Positions 56,326 through 64,000 of a stretch of 64,000 nucleotides of DNA are shown piece by piece. The first letter of the stretch is position 1. Each line of letters starts with the position of its first letter. Origin of the DNA: Patescibacteria group bacterium (lineage in GTDB: Bacteria; Patescibacteriota; Patescibacteriia; XYB2-FULL-38-15); the NCBI GenBank assembly GCA_041650995.1, contig JBAZJZ010000002.1:77344-141343 (forward strand). The letters run 5' to 3'. The position numbers were made by a program, and so were the translations under genes. The notes below the pieces were generated by a model. That model was not told the origin of the DNA and searched no databases. It saw nothing but the letters and a program-made list of their open reading frames with translations.

Positions 56326-58329
56326 ATGAACATAACTGAACTCGCGAGAAAACTTCAGATTACGACACAAGAATTGAAAGACGTCCTGCCGACGTTCGGT
56401 TTTGATATTGGTCAAAGAGCAATTAAAGTTGATGATCGGCTGGCGCACAAAATTATTGAAAGTTGGCCGTCTCTTAAGAAGGAAATGGAAAAAAGAAAGG
56501 CGGCCGAATTAGCAAAACTCACTCCAGAGGAAGATGGAGTTGTGGCGACGGCAGAAAAACAAAAAGTAAAATTAGCCCAGGTAATTACTGTCCGTGATTT
56601 TGCTCAAAGATTAAATTTGCCGGTAACGAGTGTTATCAAAGAATTAATGAAAAATGGAATTTTGGCATCGCTAAATGAAAGGATTGATTATGAAACAGCG
56701 GCTATTGTTGCTGAAGATATGGGTTTTGAAGTGGAAAAGATTGAAGAGGAAATTGATGCAGAAAATTTTGTCGGGGATAAAGTTAAAGAATTAATGGGAC
56801 AAGACGAAAAATCAACCCTAAGGCCGCGACCGCCGGTTGTAGTTGTCATGGGCCACGTTGACCACGGCAAAACAAAACTTTTGGATGCTATTAGAAAAAC
56901 TCATGTTATGGAATCGGAAGCGGGCGGCATCACTCAGCATATTGGTGCTTATCAGGCGACATATAAAGATAGAATTTTAACTTTTATTGATACGCCGGGT
57001 CACGAAGCTTTTACGGCAATGCGTAGCCGCGGCGCGAAAATCGCCGACATCGCGATTTTGGTTGTGGCCGCAGACGACGGCGTTCAGCCGCAGACAAAAG
57101 AAGCGATTAAAATTATTGAAGCGGCAAAAATTCCGTTTTTAGTGGCGATAAATAAAATTGATAAGCCGGAAGCCAACATAGAAAAAATAAAACAGGAGTT
57201 GGCGGCCTTGAATTTAATTCCGGAAGATTGGGGCGGAAAAACAATCTGCGTGCCGATTTCCGCGAAGCAGATGACAGGTATCGACGAACTTTTGGATATG
57301 ATTCTTTTGATTGCCGATATGGAAAAAGAAAAAATTGTCGCCAATCCAACGCGTTGTGCTTTGGGGACAGTGATTGAAGCGCATATAGACAAAGGCGAAG
57401 GGCCGGTCGCGACAGTTCTTGTTCAGGCCGGAACATTGGGACGCAATGAAAATTTGACAATTGATAATGTTTTGTATGGTAGAGTCAGAGCTATGAAAAA
57501 TTTTCGCGGTGAATTTGTTAACGAAGCAAGCCCGGGTACCCCGGTAAAAATTTTAGGTCTGAAAGCCGCGCCGCAAGTCGGGGATATTTTGGAGGTAAAA
57601 GGTGACCTGAGGGAATGCACCAGAAAAATTAAGACAACTTATGCCGATCGAGAGCAGATAACCGTAAAGAAAACTGGCGGGGAAGAAGAGAGTAAAAAGA
57701 AAAAATTAAAAATTATTTTGAAGACAGACGTGCTTGGATCGCTTGAAGCGCTCTTGGCTTCTTTTGAAAAACTGGAGTATCCAACTGTTGCGCTGGAAAT
57801 TGTCGCCCAAGGTCTTGGAAACATTACCGAAGCGGAAGTTTTGGAAGCCGAAGCGGTTGGCGCCAAAGTTTTTGGATTTAATGTTTTGACCGGGCCGAAC
57901 GTGGATGATCTGGCGCGTGACAAAGGCGTTGAAGTAAAAATTTTTAAAATTATCTATGATTTGATTGATGAGGTTAAAATTGGCCTTGAAGGGCTGCTTG
58001 AAATGGAAACAATAAGGACGGATTTGGGAAAAATAGAAGTACTTGCTATATTTCGGACAGAAGCTGCAAGCATGATTGTCGGCGGAAAAGTTAAGGAGGG
58101 TAAAATTGTTTTTAATCCTAAGATTGGTCAGACAAAAATCAAGGTTTGGCGAAAGGGAGAAGAAGTGGGCGAGGGATTTTTGTCCGGACTTCAGTCAGCC
58201 AAGTCAGAAGTTAAAGAAGTGGCCGGTGGTCAGGAGTGCGGCGTCAAATACAAAGGTAAACCGATTATTCAGAGCGGTGACATATTGGAAATTTACCGTG
58301 AAGAAAAAAGAGCGAGGAAATTAGAGTAA
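56326..58329 (+). CDS. infB: translation initiation factor IF-2
   Basis: MNITELARKLQITTQELKD... with a GTPase domain (VVVMGHVDHGKTKLLD, DTPGHEAF). Confidence 0.95.
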   Translation: MNITELARKLQITTQELKDVLPTFGFDIGQRAIKVDDRLAHKIIESWPSLKKEMEKRKAAELAKLTPEEDGVVATAEKQKVKLAQVITVRDFAQRLNLPVTSVIKELMKNGILASLNERIDYETAAIVAEDMGFEVEKIEEEIDAENFVGDKVKELMGQDEKSTLRPRPPVVVVMGHVDHGKTKLLDAIRKTHVMESEAGGITQHIGAYQATYKDRILTFIDTPGHEAFTAMRSRGAKIADIAILVVAADDGVQPQTKEAIKIIEAAKIPFLVAINKIDKPEANIEKIKQELAALNLIPEDWGGKTICVPISAKQMTGIDELLDMILLIADMEKEKIVANPTRCALGTVIEAHIDKGEGPVATVLVQAGTLGRNENLTIDNVLYGRVRAMKNFRGEFVNEASPGTPVKILGLKAAPQVGDILEVKGDLRECTRKIKTTYADREQITVKKTGGEEESKKKKLKIILKTDVLGSLEALLASFEKLEYPTVALEIVAQGLGNITEAEVLEAEAVGAKVFGFNVLTGPNVDDLARDKGVEVKIFKIIYDLIDEVKIGLEGLLEMETIRTDLGKIEVLAIFRTEAASMIVGGKVKEGKIVFNPKIGQTKIKVWRKGEEVGEGFLSGLQSAKSEVKEVAGGQECGVKYKGKPIIQSGDILEIYREEKRARKLE

Positions 58330-58449
58330 TTTCAAAATAATAAAATAATAAATAGCAAGACGTCAATTATCATTTACCAGTTACAAATTACTTTTTGTAA
58401 TTAGTAACTAGCAACTAGGAATTGGTAATTGTTTGTTTTGTTTAAATTT

Positions 58450-58776
58450 ATGCCAGAGATTATTTTAAATGATCAAAATTTTGAGAATGAAGTTTTAAAA
58501 TCCGACGTGCCGGTGCTTGTGGATTTTTGGGCGCCATGGTGCGGACCGTGCAAAATGATGGGGTCGATTGTTGAGGAGGTCGCCAAAAAATTTGAAGGCA
58601 AGGCAATAAAGATCGCCAAATTAGACGTTGATGAAGCGGCATCTACTGCGGAAAAGTATAATGTGATGAGTGTCCCAACTTTTAAAATTTTTAAAGGAGG
58701 AGAAATTGTTGACGAATTTGTCGGAGCGCAGAGCGAAGAAGAAATTATAAAAAAATTAGAAAAAATTATTGGTTAA
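58450..58776 (+). CDS. trxA: thioredoxin
   Basis: WAPWCGPCKMM active site. Confidence 0.9.
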   Translation: MPEIILNDQNFENEVLKSDVPVLVDFWAPWCGPCKMMGSIVEEVAKKFEGKAIKIAKLDVDEAASTAEKYNVMSVPTFKIFKGGEIVDEFVGAQSEEEIIKKLEKIIG

Positions 58777-58780
58777 ATTT

Positions 58781-59692
58781 ATGTACGATTTAATTATTGT
58801 CGGCGGCGGACCGGCTGGTTTCACCGCGGCGATTTATGCGGCTCGGCGCGCGATGAAAACTCTAATATTGGCCAAAGAGTTCGGCGGGCAGGCGGTTTAT
58901 GCCTCCAAGGTAGAAAATTTTCCCGGGTTTGATTTGATTCCAGGTTATGAATTAATGGAAAAAATGAAAGCGCAGGCCGAGAGGTTGGGCGCGGAAATAA
59001 AAAATGTCGAAGCAATGGAAATAAAAAAAGAAGGTGAAGTTTTTTTTGCGCGCGATAAAGACGGCGGTTCGTATAAGAGCCGGACGATCGTTCTATCTTT
59101 TGGTGCCGTACCAAGAAAATTGGGTCTGCCAAATGAAGATAAATTCAAGGGTAACGGGATTTCTTATTGTGCGACCTGCGACGCGCCGTTTTATAAAAAT
59201 AAAAATGTGGCTGTGGTTGGCGGAGGAAATGCGGCGTTGGACGCGGCGCTTCTTTTGGCAAAATTTGCTAAACAGGTTTATTTGATTCATCGGCGTGATG
59301 AATTTAAGGCGGAAGAAGTCCGGGTGAATGACGCAAGGAAATTACAAAACGTGGAAATAATCTCAAATTCAGAAGTTAAAGAAATAAAAGGAGAAAAAAA
59401 TATTGAAGGGGTTATGGTTCAAAGAAATGATACTGGCGAGACGCGCGATTTGGAAGTTAATGGTATTTTTGTGGAAATTGGCCATATTGTGGAATCGGAT
59501 TTTGTAAGTAAGATGGTGGCGCTCGATGAGCGAAAACAGATTGTAGTAAATGATAAAAATGAAACAAACGTCCCGGGAGTTTTTGCCGCCGGAGACGCGA
59601 CAATAGTCCCGTGGAAACAAATAGTGATCGCTGCCGGAGAAGGGGCGAAAGCGGCATTGACAGCCTACTCTTATTTACAAAAAATAAAATAA
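58781..59692 (+). CDS. trxB: thioredoxin-disulfide reductase
   Basis: MYDLIIVGGGPAG..., CATCDA redox centre, GGGNAALD NADPH motif. Confidence 0.9.
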   Translation: MYDLIIVGGGPAGFTAAIYAARRAMKTLILAKEFGGQAVYASKVENFPGFDLIPGYELMEKMKAQAERLGAEIKNVEAMEIKKEGEVFFARDKDGGSYKSRTIVLSFGAVPRKLGLPNEDKFKGNGISYCATCDAPFYKNKNVAVVGGGNAALDAALLLAKFAKQVYLIHRRDEFKAEEVRVNDARKLQNVEIISNSEVKEIKGEKNIEGVMVQRNDTGETRDLEVNGIFVEIGHIVESDFVSKMVALDERKQIVVNDKNETNVPGVFAAGDATIVPWKQIVIAAGEGAKAALTAYSYLQKIK

Positions 59693-59776
59693 TTTTAATT
59701 ACCGATTACCGGTTACTGATTACTTACTTTTGGGTAATTAGTAAATAGTAATTAAGTAATTGTTGCTTAAATTATT

Positions 59777-61045
59777 ATGAGCCCATTGCAGAATGCATTA
59801 ACTCAACTAAAAAAAGCGGCTGAACTTGTAGAACTCGACGCCGCTGTTTTAGAAATTTTGAAAAAGCCAAAAAGAATTTTACAATTTTCCGTCTCTGTAA
59901 AAATGGATAACGGCGAAACAAAAATTTTTGACGGATATCGTGTCCAGTGGAACGACGCTCGCGGACCGTTCAAGGGCGGAATTCGTTTTCATCCCAAAAC
60001 AGATTTAAATGAAGTGGAAGCCTTATCTTTTTGGATGACCATAAAATGCGCGGCAGTCGGAATTCCTTACGGCGGCGGTAAGGGCGGTGTGACGGTTGAT
60101 CCAAAAAAATTGAGTAAAACGGAACTTGAAAGATTAGCGCGCGGTTATACGCAGGCCTTGAAAGATTATATTGGTCCGGAAAAAGATATTCCCGCGCCGG
60201 ACGTTTATACCACCCCGCAGATTATGGGTTGGATTATGGATGAGTTTTCAAAAATCAAAGGATACAACGTTCCGGGGGTAGTAACGGGAAAACCTTTGGA
60301 AATCGGCGGTTCGGCTGGACGCGGCACGGCTACGGCCCAAGGCGGATTTTATATTTTGGAAGAAGTGGCAAAAAAGTTAAAAATTGATCCGAAGAAAACA
60401 AGAATTATTATTCAGGGATTTGGCAATGCCGGAGCGAATATGGCAGATTTGTGTTTTCACGCTGGTTATAAAATTATTGGCATTTCTGATTCGCAAACGG
60501 CGGTGGTTGATAAAACCGGTAAGGGAATTGATTCACATACCATTGCCAAGATGAAAGAAAAAAAGGGAGTGGTAGATGTTTGCGATTGCAAAGAAATAAA
60601 ATGCGCCTGTAAAGATCATCTTCACACAACCAATGAAAAATTTTTGGAAACCGATTGTGATATTTTAATTTTAGCGGCGCTTGAAAATCAAATTACCAGG
60701 AAAAATGTCGGTCGCGTCAAGGCAAAAATTATATTAGAACTTGCGAACGGCCCGACCGCTCCGGAAGCCGATGAAAAATTATTTAAGAAAAATGTTTTGG
60801 TCGTACCCGACGTTTTGACCAATGCCGGAGGGGTAACAGTTTCCTATTTTGAATGGGTACAAAATTTAGCCAATTATTATTGGTCGGAAAAAGAAGTTTT
60901 TGAAAAATTAAAAAAAATAATGGTAGAAAATTTTGAAGCAGCATGGAAAATAAGAGAGCAGAATAAAACTGATTTCCGAACCGCGGTTTTCGCGCTGGCG
61001 CTCGGGCGATTGGAAAAAGCGATTAAGGCTAGAGGGTGGGCATAA
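59777..61045 (+). CDS. gdhA: glutamate dehydrogenase
   Basis: KGGIRFHP...GGGKGG motifs plus a Rossmann fold (IIQGFGNAG). Confidence 0.9.
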   Translation: MSPLQNALTQLKKAAELVELDAAVLEILKKPKRILQFSVSVKMDNGETKIFDGYRVQWNDARGPFKGGIRFHPKTDLNEVEALSFWMTIKCAAVGIPYGGGKGGVTVDPKKLSKTELERLARGYTQALKDYIGPEKDIPAPDVYTTPQIMGWIMDEFSKIKGYNVPGVVTGKPLEIGGSAGRGTATAQGGFYILEEVAKKLKIDPKKTRIIIQGFGNAGANMADLCFHAGYKIIGISDSQTAVVDKTGKGIDSHTIAKMKEKKGVVDVCDCKEIKCACKDHLHTTNEKFLETDCDILILAALENQITRKNVGRVKAKIILELANGPTAPEADEKLFKKNVLVVPDVLTNAGGVTVSYFEWVQNLANYYWSEKEVFEKLKKIMVENFEAAWKIREQNKTDFRTAVFALALGRLEKAIKARGWA

Positions 61046-61055
61046 GGTTAGAATT

Positions 61056-61089
<34 letters not shown>

Positions 61090-61181
61090 ATAGAATAAAA
61101 AAAGAGTAAAGAGTCCGCCGAAGAGGCGGATTTTTTGACTTTTAAAAATAAAAAAAGTAAAGTGAGGCAAAGGAGGAAAGA

Positions 61182-61610
61182 GTGGAAAGCAAAAGAAGCC
61201 GGGGGAAAAGAAAGAAACTAGCGATTGACTTTGCCGCCCTGAAGAATGGGAGGAGCGAAGAATTGGGCGTTAGGGAAACGGCGGGCGAGGGAGGATACAG
61301 CGCGCTTCGTTCGGAACGGCCAGCCGAGACCTACAAGGCGGATAGGCGCTGCAAATGCTGCAACTGCTTTCTCGCAAGGACCAATCCGGATAACATTTGC
61401 CATCCTTGTGACAGAGCAATCCAGGAATGGAAAAACTTTCCCTGGTGGCGGGCTGAACTGGAACAAGTGATGGAGGTGCACTGTTTGGGGTTTGTTCACG
61501 AGCGTTTTGTCAAGAAGGGCAAGGCTCGAAGCGCGACAGGAGGCGGAGAGAAATCAAGCGGCAGCTGGGCGAGAGCAGCTGGACGCAAAACGATCGAGAA
61601 GAAGGAGTGA
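61182..61610 (+). CDS. hypothetical basic protein with a Cys-rich zinc-binding motif, GC-rich
   Basis: GTG start with an AGGAGG RBS 5 nt upstream. RRCKCCNCFLARTNPDNICHPCDRAIQEW. Its own terminator lies at 61616-61650. Confidence 0.4.
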   Translation: MESKRSRGKRKKLAIDFAALKNGRSEELGVRETAGEGGYSALRSERPAETYKADRRCKCCNCFLARTNPDNICHPCDRAIQEWKNFPWWRAELEQVMEVHCLGFVHERFVKKGKARSATGGGEKSSGSWARAAGRKTIEKKE

Positions 61611-61657
61611 AAATAAGGGCTTGGTTTTACCAGCCCTTTTATTTTTTAAATTAATCC

Positions 61658-61685
61658 TTGACATTTTGAGAAAATATGTTTAAAT
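61658..61685 (+). promoter_or_regulatory. promoter with TTGACA, a 16-nt spacer, then TTAAAT
   Basis: ttgacattttgagaaaatatgtttaaat. Confidence 0.5.
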
Positions 61686-61747
61686 TAAATGTTCCGCGAA
61701 GAGTAAGAAACTTAGCCTATTCGCGGGCCATCGAAAGGGAGGATAAG

Positions 61748-62737
61748 ATGAGCGCGCAAAAGTCGTGGTTGAATCTTGAGGCAGGGGAGGCGGTTCTCCT
61801 TTGCAGAGTAGAGGAGCGGTGGGATTCGGTCGTGGCGAAAGTTCAATTCGGCCTCGAACCGCTTTGCCCCGCCCTGCAGAGATTCCTCCTCTTTCTCGGC
61901 CACCTTCTGGAGGTTGCCGGAGAGACGAGTGAGATCGATCTGATCATTGCGACGGTCGGTCGGACCAAACTGCCTGACGGGAAGGGGCTCAGTGAGCTTG
62001 AGGCCCAGAGCCTCAGGATGATCGAGGAGAAATGGAACAACACGGCAAGGGAAATTAGGGCGGGCACTCTTTCCTTGTCGTTGGGCTTCCGCGAATTCAT
62101 GATGCTCGTCGGCAGGTATCTTCTCAGTCGGGCCGAGTCAAGGCCGCTGGGCGGCAGATCTTGCGCCGAGAAGCAGCAGCTTACGATGCAGGATTTTTAC
62201 CAGTCTCGCGGGTTCGGCCGCGTCGAAATTCCTCTGGTTTCCTGCGCTGACGAGCAGATGAACTTGTGGTTTTCCGCCGGAAAGAACCTCATTTTCGAGC
62301 CCTCGGAGCGGGATGTGCCGATTGAGCGGCTCATGCTGCAGCTTCCGCACGTGATCAAGCTGGACGATCCGAGTTTGGTCCTCTGGGAGCCGGTTCGGGA
62401 GGGACGATGGCTTCTGGTTGACGCGGAAGAGCGATGCCCAAGGATCGGGGAGAGATCCTTCGAAGGATTCAGGTTGTCTCTCGAGCCGGGTCGGCGGATC
62501 CTCACCTTGCCGCAGTACGCCATCACTTGGCATCTCGGCGGTGCCGGCGGAGAAATTCTGGATCTTGAGACAGACACGATGCTTTCTACGCGCTACGGCG
62601 CGGACAGCATTGTGCATGCGTTCGGCAACTTTGCCGAACGAGATCTCTCTTTCTCGATTGGCGAGTGGAGACGCCTCACTACGCCGCATCCGAGAATGGG
62701 GATTCGCACGGCGCGCATCATTGAGGCCTTCAGATGA
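61748..62737 (+). CDS. hypothetical protein (330 aa), GC-rich
   Basis: GGGAGG RBS 5 nt upstream of the ATG at 61748. No recognised domain. Terminator at 62762-62805. Confidence 0.5.
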   Translation: MSAQKSWLNLEAGEAVLLCRVEERWDSVVAKVQFGLEPLCPALQRFLLFLGHLLEVAGETSEIDLIIATVGRTKLPDGKGLSELEAQSLRMIEEKWNNTAREIRAGTLSLSLGFREFMMLVGRYLLSRAESRPLGGRSCAEKQQLTMQDFYQSRGFGRVEIPLVSCADEQMNLWFSAGKNLIFEPSERDVPIERLMLQLPHVIKLDDPSLVLWEPVREGRWLLVDAEERCPRIGERSFEGFRLSLEPGRRILTLPQYAITWHLGGAGGEILDLETDTMLSTRYGADSIVHAFGNFAERDLSFSIGEWRRLTTPHPRMGIRTARIIEAFR

Positions 62738-62761
62738 GGGGAGATAGTATTCCGCGTTTGG

Positions 62762-62805
62762 AACCGCAAGGTTTCGGACGCGGATTTTTTTATCTTTCAA
62801 ATTAA
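62762..62805 (+). terminator. rho-independent terminator
   Basis: tccgcgt...acgcgga is followed by tttttttat. Confidence 0.55.
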
Positions 62806-62970
62806 ACATTCTTGTGTTAAGATATTAATAATATGGAATACAATTTTAAGAAAATTGACCCCATACAAAGTTTAAGTAAATTGATATTTTCGGCAGAGCA
62901 ATCATCTTAAATACCAAGAGGTGTGTAAAATAAAAATAGCCTTTACTTTGCACGGGGCAGGTAGAAAATT

Positions 62971-64000
62971 ATGGAGTATGACTTTAAAAAAATAGAAAAG
63001 AAGTGGCAGAAAAAGTGGGAAAAGGAAAAGATTTATGAAGTTAAAGAAAATCCCCAAAAGGACAAGTTTTATTGTCTGATTGAATTTCCCTATCCGTCGG
63101 GAGAAGGGCTGCACGTCGGCCATCCGCGAAGTTATACCGCGCTGGATATTGTCGCCCGGAAAAATCGGATGCAGGGAAAAAATGTTTTGTACCCGATCGG
63201 CTGGGATGCCTTTGGTTTGCCCACAGAAAATTACGCCATAAAAACCGGCATTCAGCCGGCGGTGGCTACAGAAAAAAATATTAAAAATTTTACGCGTCAG
63301 TTGAAGTCGCTCGGATTTTCTTTTGATTGGTCGCGGGAAATTAATACGAGTGATCCAAAATATTATAAATGGACGCAATGGATGTTTTTGCAATTTTTTA
63401 AACACGGCTTGGCCTACAAAGATAAAATTGCCATCAATTGGTGCACAAAATGTAAAATCGGTCTGGCGAATGAAGAAGTGGTAAATGGCGTTTGCGAACG
63501 CTGCGGCGGGACGGTCGTAAAAAAGATGAAAGAGCAGTGGATGATAAAAATTACCAAATACGCCGAGCGGTTGCTTCAAGGTTTAGAAAAAGTTGATTAC
63601 TCGCCGCGGATAAAAGAAGGACAGATTAATTGGATTGGAAAATCAGAAGGCGCGACGGTGCGCTTTAATGTCATTCCCGCGGAAGCGGGAATCCAGAAAA
63701 CTGGATCCCCGATCAGGTCGGGGATGACAGTTTTAGAGGTATTTACCACTCGTCCCGACACATTGTTCGGCGCGACGTATATGGTTTTGGCGCCGGAGCA
63801 TGAAATGGTTGGAAAATTAAAATTACAAATTACAAATTGGAATGAAGTTGAAAAATATATTGGCGAAGCAAAAAGAAAATCTGACTTGGAACGAACCGAA
63901 TTACAAAAAGAAAAAACCGGAGTGGAGTTGAAGGGGATTAAGGCAATTAATCCGGCAAACAATGAAGAGATTCCAATTTGGGTGGCAGATTATGTTTTGA
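62971..64000 (+). CDS. leuS: leucyl-tRNA synthetase, N-terminal part (runs off the window end)
   Basis: [24 protein letters not shown]...[19 protein letters not shown] (HIGH motif)...[21 protein letters not shown]. Confidence 0.9.
   Translation, partial: MEYDFKKIEKKWQKKWEKEKIYEVKENPQKDKFYCLIEFPYPSGEGLHVGHPRSYTALDIVARKNRMQGKNVLYPIGWDAFGLPTENYAIKTGIQPAVATEKNIKNFTRQLKSLGFSFDWSREINTSDPKYYKWTQWMFLQFFKHGLAYKDKIAINWCTKCKIGLANEEVVNGVCERCGGTVVKKMKEQWMIKITKYAERLLQGLEKVDYSPRIKEGQINWIGKSEGATVRFNVIPAEAGIQKTGSPIRSGMTVLEVFTTRPDTLFGATYMVLAPEHEMVGKLKLQITNWNEVEKYIGEAKRKSDLERTELQKEKTGVELKGIKAINPANNEEIPIWVADYVL
63674..63726 (+). repeat. GC-rich block of three abutting perfect hairpins inserted in-frame in leuS
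   Basis: attcccgc-ggaa-gcgggaat, atccag-aaaa-ctggat and atccccga-tcagg-tcggggat. Together they encode [18 protein letters not shown] between FNV and [12 protein letters not shown]. Confidence 0.5.

Noticed and set aside
62138-62809. 223-aa minus-strand ORF antisense to the 61748-62737 gene
   Set aside because: It runs through the plus-strand terminator and has no RBS. The sense gene has a promoter and RBS.
62902-63579. 225-aa minus-strand ORF
   Set aside because: Antisense to the unambiguous leuS N-terminus (HIGH motif).

Overview
This window is a gene-dense, AT-rich (~40% GC) bacterial chromosome segment with small-genome character. Gene content includes FtsH, PilB/GspE plus a type IV pilin, a 4-domain S1, RNase Y with YmdB, and many SD-less starts. 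Together these are compatible with a Patescibacteria/CPR-like organism, which is inference only. It carries housekeeping genes: uvrB (partial), rpsO, pnp, lspA, comM/yifB, hppA, tsaD, tsaE, ftsH, an ECF sigma factor, a MacAB-type efflux system, rpsA, gyrA, rpmF, nusB, rnc, hup, ymdB, rny, infB, trxA, trxB, gdhA, leuS (partial) and xerC/D. I also call 6 tRNAs: His, Arg-TCT, Glu, Arg-TCG and Lys on top of those already implied. The most unusual property is a mosaic of at least eight sharply GC-rich (~55-60% by eye) patches. Each carries its own promoter, RBS and terminators, and each encodes a protein atypical for the host: a cNMP-binding-like protein with a lipoprotein behind a ~300-nt structured leader; two tiny basic ORFs; a 215-aa hypothetical; a KH/Jag-like protein; a WG-repeat and double-zinc-ribbon membrane operon with a start-less Cys/His-rich tail ORF; a lone PurF-like amidotransferase; and a Zn-binding plus 330-aa cassette. 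Other points of interest are three promoter-to-terminator non-coding RNA candidates with no recognisable family; a eukaryote-like PI4K type II-like kinase in a run of hypothetical genes; a DUF5320/cupin/DUF134/ArsP-family permease/thioredoxin-like cassette; several small repeat families (a conserved terminator/3'UTR element, an AAAAGTK heptamer array also found in-frame in tsaD, GCCTGAGCYTGTCGAAGGC elements, a TACGAA/TTCGTA array at the hup promoter); and a GC-rich triple-hairpin in-frame insertion in leuS. I found no CRISPR array, rRNA gene or classical IS element. All calls rest on reading the sequence and the supplied ORF translations. No database search was run.
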